Origin: Botryllus schlosseri
Taxonomy: Eukaryota
Length of the DNA: 64,000 nucleotides
Reading direction: 5' to 3'
Assembly (NCBI GenBank): GCA_051294905.1
Contig: CM119371.1
Span: 27,778,001-27,842,000 of the forward strand
Part shown: one piece after another, positions 27,325-37,744 of the stretch
Layout of the letters: every line of letters starts with the position of its first letter
How positions within the stretch are numbered: the first letter of the stretch is position 1
The notes under the pieces: model-generated
The model's database searches: none
Told to the model about the DNA's origin: nothing
What the model saw: only the letters and a program-made list of their open reading frames with translations
Position numbers and translations under genes: made by a program

Positions 27325-27503
27325 CCTTATAATTTACTCCCACTGGTAACCTTCATGGTAGGATATAATGAGCAAACCTTGCATTTTCAGAAAACTATAC
27401 AATACCATAGATATCACCTACTGATGACGAATTCATATACCTTTAAGGAGGTGCCTACGTGAATTACTATTTACGGGAACCGTCGCTGTCTCGTTAACGA
27501 TTC

Positions 27504-28061
27504 ATGAACTCGACGGTCACCAATGACTGCGTCGACGGACGCCACCTTACGGTAGATTACCTTTTCAACGGAGACTTCACACCGGCGACCAGGGACGAGG
27601 TCAGGGCGGCCGTTCTGGCATCGAAAAAGTTGGAATATTCGTGGAGTATCGTGACAAGCGGTGTATACCACACCGCGGTGGTGATATATCTAGACGGGGG
27701 GCCTCGGTATACTGTAAATTGGGGGCCGAAGAGTCAGACATACACCTTTCAGCTTGTGGGAGATGTGGAAGGAGAAATAACATACGGAGTCGAAAACAGT
27801 TTCCGGATGATGACTGAATACAAAGACATCTTGGGAGAAGCTGACATAATCCAAATGAATGAAAACGCAATCGACAGCCTTCTAGACAAACTGCTAACCT
27901 TTGACGAAGAATACTACAACATGGTCCACTGTAACTGTCGAGATCACGTTGTCAGCGTCATGAAAAGACTGGGTGTCGGCGGAGAGGAAATGGCGCGGTT
28001 GAAAGACGATATTGAGAGCATTCGATTTAGATTGGAGGATCTTTTAAAGCGGACAACTTGA
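27504..28061 (+). CDS. PPPDE/DeSI-like permuted papain-fold peptidase, single coding exon
   Basis: 185 aa ORF with GVYHTAVV (His) preceding YNMVHCNCRDHV (Cys). In-frame stop upstream at 27495. Confidence 0.75.
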   Translation: MNSTVTNDCVDGRHLTVDYLFNGDFTPATRDEVRAAVLASKKLEYSWSIVTSGVYHTAVVIYLDGGPRYTVNWGPKSQTYTFQLVGDVEGEITYGVENSFRMMTEYKDILGEADIIQMNENAIDSLLDKLLTFDEEYYNMVHCNCRDHVVSVMKRLGVGGEEMARLKDDIESIRFRLEDLLKRTT

Positions 28062-28358
28062 ATTGGTGCTACCTGAATTGAAGCCAAAACGTCCATAGTA
28101 TTGTCGCCGACACTACATGAGTTAAATTGGGGTTAACTGTGATATGGTGTGGGGGAGATCGAGCAATTGAGCGTCCGGCACTTGAACATGTGGATTAATG
28201 CTTGGGATTAGCGTCGGGTTTAGAGTTAGGTCGGGATTAGTGCATGGATTAGAGTTAGCGTAGGTTTGATTTTAGAGTTAGGGTTGGAGTGGAGATTTCA
28301 AGACCCGTATACTTAAGTATCGCATGCTCAACAGTCCTTTTTCATTGTGTGACGTGCA

Positions 28359-28590
28359 CAGAGGTGGTCAGTAACGAAGTACATTTACTTTTTGAAGTAC
28401 TTGAAGTATATTTTGCCTACTCACACTACTTTTTGAAGTAGTTATGATTTTAGACTACTTCTACTTCTACTTGACAGTTTTTAGTTTTGTAGGCAAAAAT
28501 GAGCGTAGAATACCTACTTACTTACTTACTTGTGAACCACCACTCCTACTTCTACTTGAGTAGCGACGGTGACTAATTTTACCACCTATG
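28359..28590. mobile_element. MITE with ACTT/TACTT-rich interior
   Basis: CAGAGGTGGT...ACCACCTATG; perfect TSD GACGTGCA. Partial relatives near 5470-5610, 26800-27024, 32901 and 37770-37945. Confidence 0.85.
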
Positions 28591-30559
28591 GACGTGCAAA
28601 CGTCGTTCTGAACTGTCAGCTATCCCTGTGATCTATCTCTGGCTTATGATATGCTTCAATAGTCTGGTTTGCAAACGCTGGAATGAATAGCATATAGTGC
28701 AGGGACTAATCGATTTCAATGACTCACCGGCGGATCGACAGCGCGTTAATTCATACTCGCATATTTCTCATTATAATTTTTTTTCTAACTAATAATTTGT
28801 AGAGCTAACAATAATCAAAATCCCCCCGCTATGCCTTGCTATTTCTCCCTGTAATCCACCGTGTAAATACATTGTGATTGTTTTTCGAGTGCACACACGT
28901 ATAAGGTATCCTTTCAAGTTATCCAAACTCTACTTGAAGTCTTATTGCCAACTGAAGTGACATATACACCATTATTTGAAAATAACCAGCGGAAATGTCG
29001 TTTGCTGAATACCGTCGATTGTCATGAAATGATGCATCATACGCGGCTATTTCCAATACCCGCCCTTCCTCGTTAATAGTAGAAATCCTGATCGAGAGGC
29101 CACCAAATTCTCCCTACAACTCAATGCGACAATGAAAATATTCCCTATTAATCCGAATTATGATTTTGTACTTGATATTTACCGTTGTCGCATGGCTACT
29201 CGTAGTGTGTGCAATTTGTGCATACAACCTGTGTATGCAATATAAAGGTAGCTACTTATAATTTTCGTTCACGTTCATTATATTAATAGCAGTAGTTGTT
29301 GGGTGCGTGTGTTTTTGTTGTAGCACAGTTTCCTTTTAGGACGTATTTACCGTGGAAGTATTACATTGATGCCATTTGAGATACCGAATATATAGATCTT
29401 CTATTAATACATTTTTTAAATCAATCGCATCTTTCTTGGCTTTTGTTTTAGGGCGATTAGAAGGGCCGGAGTGGTGACCGGAATTGAGTGAGTCACATTT
29501 TTAAATGATCAGCCATGACATTATATTGCCTGCCCGACGCATCTTTGGCGATAGAGATAAGCACAGATACTCATCGTATCAAGTGCCTAAACTCCCGCAA
29601 CTCAAGCGCCATAATTGAATCATTTCCTGAAATGTTCATTTATCGAAGAACTTCATCTGTGACCGTGCTGCATTTTATTCTATAGGTCGGCTTTTTCGTA
29701 AATTTGAAATGCATGTTCACATGGCCTCAGAATGTTTTCATATATGGCCACAGTTCGTGTAGCCCAGATCTTAAACATTCACTTCTGACATCTTTTTTTA
29801 AATTTCTATTACCCAACACGCTCAATTCAGCTAGACTACTGTGTTTGCATTCCCTACCAACCACAGACGTGAACTGTGAAACATCCAGTAATTTTCACGT
29901 GCTATACACTTACGGAAAAGCTTTTAAAAGCGAGCAAGCGATAAAGTACAGTGTAGGATTTGTGCAATATGGGCTACATGACGGCGCGTCACGGAGATTG
30001 CAATAAATGCGTCAAGCGCACAGATAAAAGAGCAGTAAAATCGTACAATGATTTACGTAAAGGTAAATGAGAGAAAAGTGTGAAGTCACAGACACAATGG
30101 AAATGAAACATCGTAACACTGGATACTCTTAATAAATGCACCAAATCCGCGGACGAAAAGGCAGTAAAACGAACGAATATGTGCAAAGGCAATGTAAGAA
30201 GAAATAGTGAATTCATAGACACAAAGGTAATGATACATACATACAGATACACGCTACAGATCCCCACAAGACAGTTAGATGTAAATGCATTCAACACGAC
30301 TCTCCAGTAGTTTTCTCCAACATTTCAGTTAGAGTAATTGAGTCAAATGCACCCTTACGCTACGAGATGTCTACAAGGGGTTGATGATGCCTTCCATTTT
30401 CGTGTACAAATAGGATTGCATTTACAACAAAGGGTGTTTGAAAACACTTTGTCCAAAACGTGCTTTAAGAAGTGTTTGAATAAATTGACATTTTGCGCTG
30501 TGTTGCAGTTCCAACCATGTATTTAAAGCAGGGAATTTCTACACCCTGATAGTGAAATT

Positions 30560-31210
30560 TTAATCTGGAAGTATTGAAAAACTTTATGCGTCACATAATG
30601 AATCCAAGTTTGCCAACCTGAGAAAGATGGTCATGAAACTACTTGTTCTGTTCGGGTCTACATCCATTTGCGAGCAAACGTTTTCGACCATGAACATTAA
30701 CAAGACAAGGTGCGATTCGATACAACTGATTTTCTCGTGCAGTCTTTACTATAAGCGCTTCTATACATCAGACATGCGGCCAGAGTCCATAGAGCTTGTT
30801 GACAACTTTAGTCGACCACAGATGTCTAAATGACCTCAACGGCTATTAAAGTACATTAGATCAATAAATTCATTAAATACTGTTTTTGGTCCCTATGGTT
30901 TAAACTTGAAGTTTACAATAAATACTAAGGTTCATAAATACGCGATTATTGTATCGATTCTGTAATCCGGCCCGCCAAGAATTTCATTTTCCCATATCAG
31001 CCACGCCGACCGGAGAAGGTTTCTCCTTGTAATCTTATCCGTGTAAGCGATGTCTTATAAAAGTCTAAAAGTGGCCCTTGCAACAAGTCGGCAACTACGG
31101 AATAAAAATGATGAAAATTGACCTGGTGTAGATGACCATAATAGTCGACCAACACCATGAATATTACAAGTAACAACAACAACAACAGCCAGATAAGTTG
31201 CCCGCCCCTG
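30560..31210 (+). mobile_element. Non-autonomous hAT element with transposase dimerization-domain remnant, interrupted by a SINE
   Basis: LLVLFGSTSICEQTFSTMNINKTR is a hAT C-terminal motif. Right TIR GTTGCCCGCCCCTG ends at 31210. Confidence 0.8.
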
Positions 31211-31263
31211 ATTTACATTCTATACTTTGGATGTACGAGAGAAGAATTGAGCTGTTTGGACCA

Positions 31264-32775
31264 CTACAGCCGCCTTCGTATTATCTCACGTAAAATGCGA
31301 GCAAGGCCCTTTTTCGAATCGGACACCAGGTCATTGAGAACAATTTCCTCCGCTATAAACTCTTCCGAGAACTCATCAAGCCTCAAGGCCGCGAACATAT
31401 CTTCGAAGACAGCCTCTCTGTCATCGTAGTCGTGATTCACCCATTTCATTAGCGCCTCCCATACTTTATCCGCACCGGAGTCATAAGTGGACCTCGACGC
31501 GAGGTACTTTTGCATGTCATCCGGAGACAGATATACAAACTCCGACAAATGCGAAACTCGGAAGAACTCCCCGGTGATACATTCGTCGACGTGGTGTTCT
31601 GTTCGCGTGCACCCGTACTTTTTAGCGAGCTCTTTCAAAAATAAGCAGTGCTGCGGGAACCAGAAGTTCCATTCGTCGTCCGAACTGACGCCGTTCGATT
31701 CGGAGAATCCTACGAACACGCAGAGGCTCGAGAGGAAGGTGCACTCAAGATATGAGTCGGGATTCTCAACGTGGTAAAACATGTCCCGAAAAATGCAGTG
31801 CCTGTCTGAGTCGTTTTTTAGCCACTGTAATATCGACGTGAACTCAGCCGGGCTGCACATGTCCGGTATCTCTGACACGCATGCCATTAGGTCTTCGTGC
31901 GTTAATGTTTCTATGAGAACACTAGTCAGCATTTCGCGGTGATTTTGCACTATGTATTGATTGATGAGTTCTTCAACCTCGCCAAAAGCGTAGTCCCTCG
32001 CTAGAGTTTTAAGAAAAACCAACTCATCGACTTGTATTCTTTCAGGAATACGTTTAGCGCTGCCCAAAAATTGATGCGCCGCTATGCTTTTACAGTTTTC
32101 GCACGTAGAAATGTGCCCGTGTACCCACGCCTCGTTTTGGAACTGATCTACATCAAAGGAACCGAACGGAACAACGTTGACAGCGCGGCAAATTCGATGG
32201 TCAGTGTGGGCGCTCCAAGACTTGAACAATATCCAAATCTGTTCGGAGTCATCGGTAGCTGCGGATGCAATGGATTTCACATCGACTGACGACATATCGC
32301 CGATATTTCTCGTTTGGGCGACTTCGTCCGTGTTGTTGAGAATGAATTCGTTAGTGGCTTGACTCAGCTTCAGTAAGGAATACTGGGTGGACAGTATCCG
32401 CATTTGAACGCAATTGGCAAGGTTGAGATTGTCCGTTAAAAAGTTTTCGCATTGGTTTTTGGCCGGTAGCAGATTCAAATGGTCGGACAGCTCCATCACT
32501 TCAACTACATTGTGCGGGCCTATTTCCAGTTCTTCAGTATACATGTACACGAGGCATATCTCCACCGTGTCTGGCGTGTAACCCACGAGCTCGTAAGTCC
32601 CGTCATTGTTTTCCTTGAAGATGATGTCGTGGAAAAACGAGGAGTTTCGCCCTAGAAACACACGATGTACAGGGAAAAGGGTGAAGTCGACCTTTATGGT
32701 GAAGTCAGTGTAATCGCAGCTGTGGTTGGATCTCTTCAAGTGGCGGGTGCGCGTTAAAACTTGCTCGGGACTCAT
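31264..32775 (-). CDS. BTB/POZ protein with tandem BACK-like domains, no kelch repeats
   Basis: 503 aa ORF. BTB motif TDFTIKV..FPVHRVFL..SSFF..YMYT; BACK-like helices starting at CVQMRILS, LVFLKTLA and CLFLKELA; ends VWEALMKWVNHDYDDR...RL. Confidence 0.88.
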   Translation of the reverse strand: MSPEQVLTRTRHLKRSNHSCDYTDFTIKVDFTLFPVHRVFLGRNSSFFHDIIFKENNDGTYELVGYTPDTVEICLVYMYTEELEIGPHNVVEVMELSDHLNLLPAKNQCENFLTDNLNLANCVQMRILSTQYSLLKLSQATNEFILNNTDEVAQTRNIGDMSSVDVKSIASAATDDSEQIWILFKSWSAHTDHRICRAVNVVPFGSFDVDQFQNEAWVHGHISTCENCKSIAAHQFLGSAKRIPERIQVDELVFLKTLARDYAFGEVEELINQYIVQNHREMLTSVLIETLTHEDLMACVSEIPDMCSPAEFTSILQWLKNDSDRHCIFRDMFYHVENPDSYLECTFLSSLCVFVGFSESNGVSSDDEWNFWFPQHCLFLKELAKKYGCTRTEHHVDECITGEFFRVSHLSEFVYLSPDDMQKYLASRSTYDSGADKVWEALMKWVNHDYDDREAVFEDMFAALRLDEFSEEFIAEEIVLNDLVSDSKKGLARILREIIRRRL

Positions 32776-34355
32776 GAATGACTATAACCGAGTATATCCC
32801 AACAGAATTATAGAAGTACTGTGAAAACATATGTGAATACATTATGAAAATAAGTCCGGTAGAAGCCACATATATTGGTTTGATGCTTGCCTATTGTCGG
32901 CAGATGTGGTTAGTAATGACGTACTTTATTTTTGTAGTACGCAATTAGGTTTTGCTTACTTGCACTATACTTAAACACGTGGATATATACATTTCAATAG
33001 TTCTACAGAGGTTTTTGAAGCAACATCACATATATTTTTACACGTTTGATTGTACCCTGAACACGTCATCAGCCGGGGCATAGAGAGTAAAGTAACACGA
33101 TTTAACGCAGAAAAGTCAACAGAGCCTACCGAGCGAACAACCAAAGACGTTTACATCCATCTATACCAGTGGTCGGGAACCTTTTTCGCCTGAAGAGCCA
33201 TGTTAGCCCTATATTTTCCATTTTAACTCCCAAAAAGCCATACAGGTCAATCAATTGTTACGTCACAATTGAAAATTCGTGACGTCATGACAGTACAAAT
33301 TCGACCTCTTTACACGGGATCAGTCGTTGGCGCCATATTTTCTCTGTAAAAACTGGTCGACTACTAATCTTCCTGTGATAACACAATTAATCGTGAATAG
33401 CTCAGAATTTAAAATAATTCATATCAATCTAATATACCTGTAGCACTGATTCCGAAAATTTAAAAATTGATCGACTTCTCAATTCGGCGGTAACATAAAC
33501 ATTGTACTACACGCCTACATTTTTCGGCAGTACTAGAGAGCTGCTTATTATCAATGAAGAACGTTGATAGCGCATAGCGTAGTTTGTAATTTGGATTTGT
33601 TATTGAAATGTCACTTCCATGGCAATTCACTTTTAGGCGTATATCAGGAATACAATGTGTATTTGAAAACTAGATTGTCATGCAGGCGTTCCTATGTCTG
33701 ATATTCTCTTTGATTAACCAACGTGTGGTGCAATCCAAGATTACGCAGCGTGTGATGCCGGGTACATCGAATTCGCCGGGGATATTGGTCGCTGGCGCTA
33801 CAGCAACCTAAATTTTATGACTTTCTAAAGCAGGGATGTCAAACTCAATTTGTGTCTCGGGCCGGATTCAAGCCTTTAAATCGCTCGCGGGCCGGACCAG
33901 TCTATTGATTCCAAACTGTTACCTCGTGCTCTTGCTTTTCACTGAATACGTCAAAACTCAAAAGCATATATTATGGATAATACACGGATCAAGGTTTTTA
34001 AAGTAGCAGCAAGTCGCAGCACCTTTATTCACAGTGGAATTGGCAGAAATACGATGATTGTCCGGTTGAATGCAGTTCAGAACCGCCAAAACAGTGGCGG
34101 AAACGACGATATAAGTGGGCATACTCTATGCTCCCTTTGATGTAGTCCTAATCTGGCGTTATCCCTGTATATGTGGGGAGTACAAGATATTTAATTGGAA
34201 ACGCGGCCTTTGGAATTCGGTTTATTATTATTACATCGTGAGCCCGGTTTCTCTCATGTCTGGGGATCTATCGGGTTGGAAGTGACACAGCAGTGCGAAC
34301 ATAGATATTTCAATTATATATTTAATATACATTTTAATAATATATTCATATTAAA

Positions 34356-34400
34356 ACCCGAAGCTTTTCGAGCTGACACTTTTCAAGGGCAATCGTCAGC
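34356..34400 (-). ncRNA. Type I hammerhead ribozyme motif (inverted pLTR copy)
   Basis: Exact reverse complement of 36252-36296. Confidence 0.72.
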
Positions 34401-34656
34401 AAATGGAGAATTTCAAAAACATGCATCTAGCTACATTGCATACAACCAATTATGACGTCATAGAAACAAACAACATGAAATACAGGCAAACCGCGAGCGC
34501 AGCTAGTGGACAATTTTCAGATTCACTAAAAATTTCTTCTGCTGACACAAGCGCGGTCGGTGGATTTTAATATAAGTCGATTCCAGTGCAGACAAATGGA
34601 AATTAGTGCGGCCTCTACCTAATATCGAAAATCTTTCATCGCGATAGTTTTTAGCG

Positions 34657-34806
34657 CACGATCATGTTGCCGTGAGCGTCTGTGGTGACACCTCGAGGAT
34701 ACTTGAACTGAGACTCGTTGGTTCCTTCCGTTCCCAACTGGAAAAGATGTCGGCCGTACGTGTTGAAAACTTGGATTCTGTGGTTGGTGGAGTCACTGAC
34801 GACCAC
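34657..34806 (-). pseudogene. Captured exon fragment of an NHL-repeat (TRIM-NHL-like) host gene
   Basis: After ctttcactttttcgcag| reads VVVSDSTNHRIQVFNTYGRHLFQLGTEGTNESQFKYPRGVTTDAHGNMIV, a clear NHL repeat. Confidence 0.9.
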
Positions 34807-34997
34807 CTGCGAAAAAGTGAAAGGTCACGGGAGGACAAATTAAACCATTAAACCAAATTAAACTTTATGCCTCGAACCCGAGCACTCTAAACTGTCAACA
34901 ACTCGAGTCTCAGCACTATGACTCGGACCTGGCTCGGTGGTGAATTGAAAATGACTCGACTTGACTCGAGTCAAAACTATAAAATTGAAATTGACTT

Positions 34998-36149
34998 GTG
35001 ACTGTTGAGTTTAGTTTTAACGATACCATCTACATGCAAACCGACGGTGTAGCTATGGGTAGCCCTCTTGGCCCGATTTTAGCCAATATATTTGTGGGAT
35101 TTCATGAAAACAGACTTTTCGCCGCAGATGAAACCAAGCCTCCATTCATGTACCGTCGCTATGTCGACGACACCTTCGTTATCTGTCAAAATGAGACGGA
35201 GTTCGATGATTTCTTTGTTAACTTGAATTCTCTACACTCGTCTTTAAAATTCACATTTGAAAAAGAGCGTGCTAACTCGTTACCATTCTTAGACGTTCTG
35301 ATGGAAAAACGGGGTATTAGCTTTGTCACTTCGGTTTACCGGAAGCCAACGTTTACAGGGCATTACATACGCTGGAATTCTTTTAGCCCGAATCGCCGTA
35401 AATTAAATTTGATTGGCACATTGGTGCACAGAGCCTTGATGATTTGTTCGGATATAAAATTAAACGCGGAGCTAGAATATATCCGCAAAATTCTAATCGG
35501 TAACGGCTACCCCGAACACATCATCAAGAGTTCTGTGGACAGAAAACTCAGTAATTTCAATCCCAACAAATCACAAAACACGAACACACGGTCTGAGGAA
35601 AATGTATATATACATTTGCCGTGGCTGGGCCCCATCTCTTCCCGGTTTGAAAAGCAATTGATTTCTGCTGTAAATCGCTGTTACGATAACGTAAAAACTA
35701 ATGTTGTGTTTACCACCAAACAATTGCTTCCTGCAACGCGCAAAGATGTTCTTCCTGATTTTCAACAAAGCAATATAGTCTATGATTTCAAGTGCCACTG
35801 TGATTGTCGGTACGTGGGAAGAACAACTCAGCGCTTGCAGGAACGCATCAAACAACATGTCCCCAGCGTTATTAGATCACGCATATTGGACTCTCGCGAA
35901 GACGCAGCCGTAACTGATCTCCGATTACTAGAACGTAATCAGGCCATGGCTATGAACTCTGCCATCGGCAAGCATTTGGCTGAGAATGCAACTTGCGCTA
36001 AAAACTATCGCGATGAAAGATTTTCGATATTAGGTAGAGGCCGCACTAATTTCCATTTGTCTGCACTGGAATCGACTTATATTAAAATCCACCGACCGCG
36101 CTTGTGTCAGCAGAAGAAATTTTTAGTGAATCTGAAAATTGTCCACTAG
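34998..36149 (+). CDS. Penelope-like RT (C-terminal part) + GIY-YIG endonuclease, 5'-truncated; homology starts ~35004
   Basis: QTDGVAMGSPLGP, YRRYVDD, LPFLDV, YRKPT; IVYDFKCHCDCRYVGRT..RLQERIKQH..SAIGKHL..ALESTYI. Confidence 0.95.
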   Translation: MTVEFSFNDTIYMQTDGVAMGSPLGPILANIFVGFHENRLFAADETKPPFMYRRYVDDTFVICQNETEFDDFFVNLNSLHSSLKFTFEKERANSLPFLDVLMEKRGISFVTSVYRKPTFTGHYIRWNSFSPNRRKLNLIGTLVHRALMICSDIKLNAELEYIRKILIGNGYPEHIIKSSVDRKLSNFNPNKSQNTNTRSEENVYIHLPWLGPISSRFEKQLISAVNRCYDNVKTNVVFTTKQLLPATRKDVLPDFQQSNIVYDFKCHCDCRYVGRTTQRLQERIKQHVPSVIRSRILDSREDAAVTDLRLLERNQAMAMNSAIGKHLAENATCAKNYRDERFSILGRGRTNFHLSALESTYIKIHRPRLCQQKKFLVNLKIVH

Positions 36150-36251
36150 CTGCGCTCGCGGTTTGCCTGTATTTCATGTTGTTTGTTTCTATGACGTCAT
36201 AATTGGTTGTATGCAATGTAGCTAGATGCATGTTTTTGAAATTCTCCATTT

Positions 36252-36296
36252 GCTGACGATTGCCCTTGAAAAGTGTCAGCTCGAAAAGCTTCGGGT
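36252..36296 (+). ncRNA. Type I hammerhead ribozyme motif, U3-A8 core variant, predicted pseudoknot
   Basis: GCTGACG..GCCC-TTGAAAA-G-TGTCAGCT-C-GAAA-AGCT-TC-GGGT. Confidence 0.72.
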
Positions 36297-37267
36297 TTTA
36301 ATATGAATATATTATTAAAATGTATATTAAAGTTCTGTACCCCAAAGAGTCTCTTCAATTATATATTTATGTACCTAATATATTTTCCATGTAAACTGCA
36401 TGTAACGGTTATGCATTGACGTTTTCGCTTCTGTAAGTAACTACTTTTTGGTCCATATATTGGTATACAACTCTGAAATTGTGTGCCCTTTTAGGCTTCT
36501 TGACATTGGATGTTATAATTCCACCGAATTGTTGTTACTAGTAGTAACTAGGATAAAACCACAGCACCGCAGTCGGGTGGTTATAATCGGGCCTATGAAC
36601 ATGAAAGTATTTCCTGAAAAAAATGTCAATATTTGTTATAAATGGGCTGGAAAATATAAAAAATTTCAATCTGCTCAGAATTGCTTCGCGGGCTGGATGA
36701 AATCATCTGGCGGGCCGTATGTTTGACACTCCTGTTCTAAAGCGTTCCGAGCCCTTGACCCTGAATGCGCCACTGTCTTGACCTCTCAAATACATGTTTA
36801 TGCTGCCACGAGAATAACTATTCTGGAAGAAAATAGCCCCTGTATCATTGGGAGTTATTATTTTATTTTTAAAGTCCACTTATATACGCATTGTCACTGT
36901 AGTATTTTTGTGCTAGTCTTTCAATTCGAAAATAGCTACCTGCAATTGACTATTGAAAGTACATGCGATTATGCGACGCTTTGACCAAAATCCCTTTCTC
37001 GAGTGGATATGATGTCCGCCGACTTCTGCCTAAATATACTTTTTCAATTAAATCCACCTGCTTTTTATACTAGGAATTTTGTTCAGTAGTTTCTCTATAG
37101 GTTTTGCATCACCTGTACGAGGGAAATCTCATGACAACGAAGAAGAATATCCTCTGTATCAGGGCATCTTAATATTTTCCCCGAACTGCACCAATATTTA
37201 TAGTGCCATTAGTCATGTTGTGCTATAGACCTGCCGATGCCTCTATCAAATCCAAAGGGGTCCATAC

Positions 37268-37744
37268 CAGGAGTGGGCAACATGCGACCCGCGACGGTAT
37301 TTTGAGCGGCTCGCAGAGAGCTTGTACCCTGAAAGTTCAAGTTTACCAACACGAGATAGATGGTGATGAAACTACTTGTTGTGTTTGGGTCTATTATCCA
37401 TATACATTTGCCACAAATATTTTCGACCATGAACATTAACAAGACAAGGCTGCGTTCCAGTATAACTGATGTTCACGTGAAGTCTTTAGTAAGGGTTTCT
37501 ACATCCGACACGCAGCCAACGTCCAAAGGAAACTTGTTGACAACTTTGATCGACCACAGATATCTGAATGTCTTCAGCAGCTATTTAAGTACATTAAGAT
37601 ATTAAATTAATAAAATACTGTTTTGGTCTCTTTACTTTAAACTTGAAGTTTACATCAAATACGATTCTGATTCTGTAATCCGGCCCGCCAAGTACTTCAT
37701 TTTCGCACACCAGGCCCGCCGACCATAGAAGTTGCCCGCCCCTG
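37268..37744 (+). mobile_element. Non-autonomous hAT element with dimerization-domain remnant
   Basis: CAGGAGTGGGCAAC...GTTGCCCGCCCCTG; FSTMNINKTRLRSSITD motif. Confidence 0.8.

Larger units (their letters stand above)
34321..36353 (+). mobile_element. 5'-truncated Penelope-like retroelement with inverted pLTR and captured host sequence
   Basis: 34321-34658 is the reverse complement of 35994-36331 (338 bp, no mismatch seen). Duplication TTCAATTATATATTTA at 34309-34324 and 36354-36369. Confidence 0.95.
33831..36734. mobile_element. hAT-type MITE hosting the Penelope insertion
   Basis: CAGGGATGTCAAAC...GTTTGACACTCCTG with perfect TSD TTCTAAAG. An uninterrupted relative lies at ~43580-44063. 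Confidence 0.9.

Noticed and set aside
28200..28290. Telomere-like TTAG(G/A)G tract
   Set aside because: Short, degenerate and probably a MITE interior.
34998..35003. GTG start of the Penelope ORF
   Set aside because: It lies in the captured MITE fragment at the junction; the RT lacks its N-terminal motifs.
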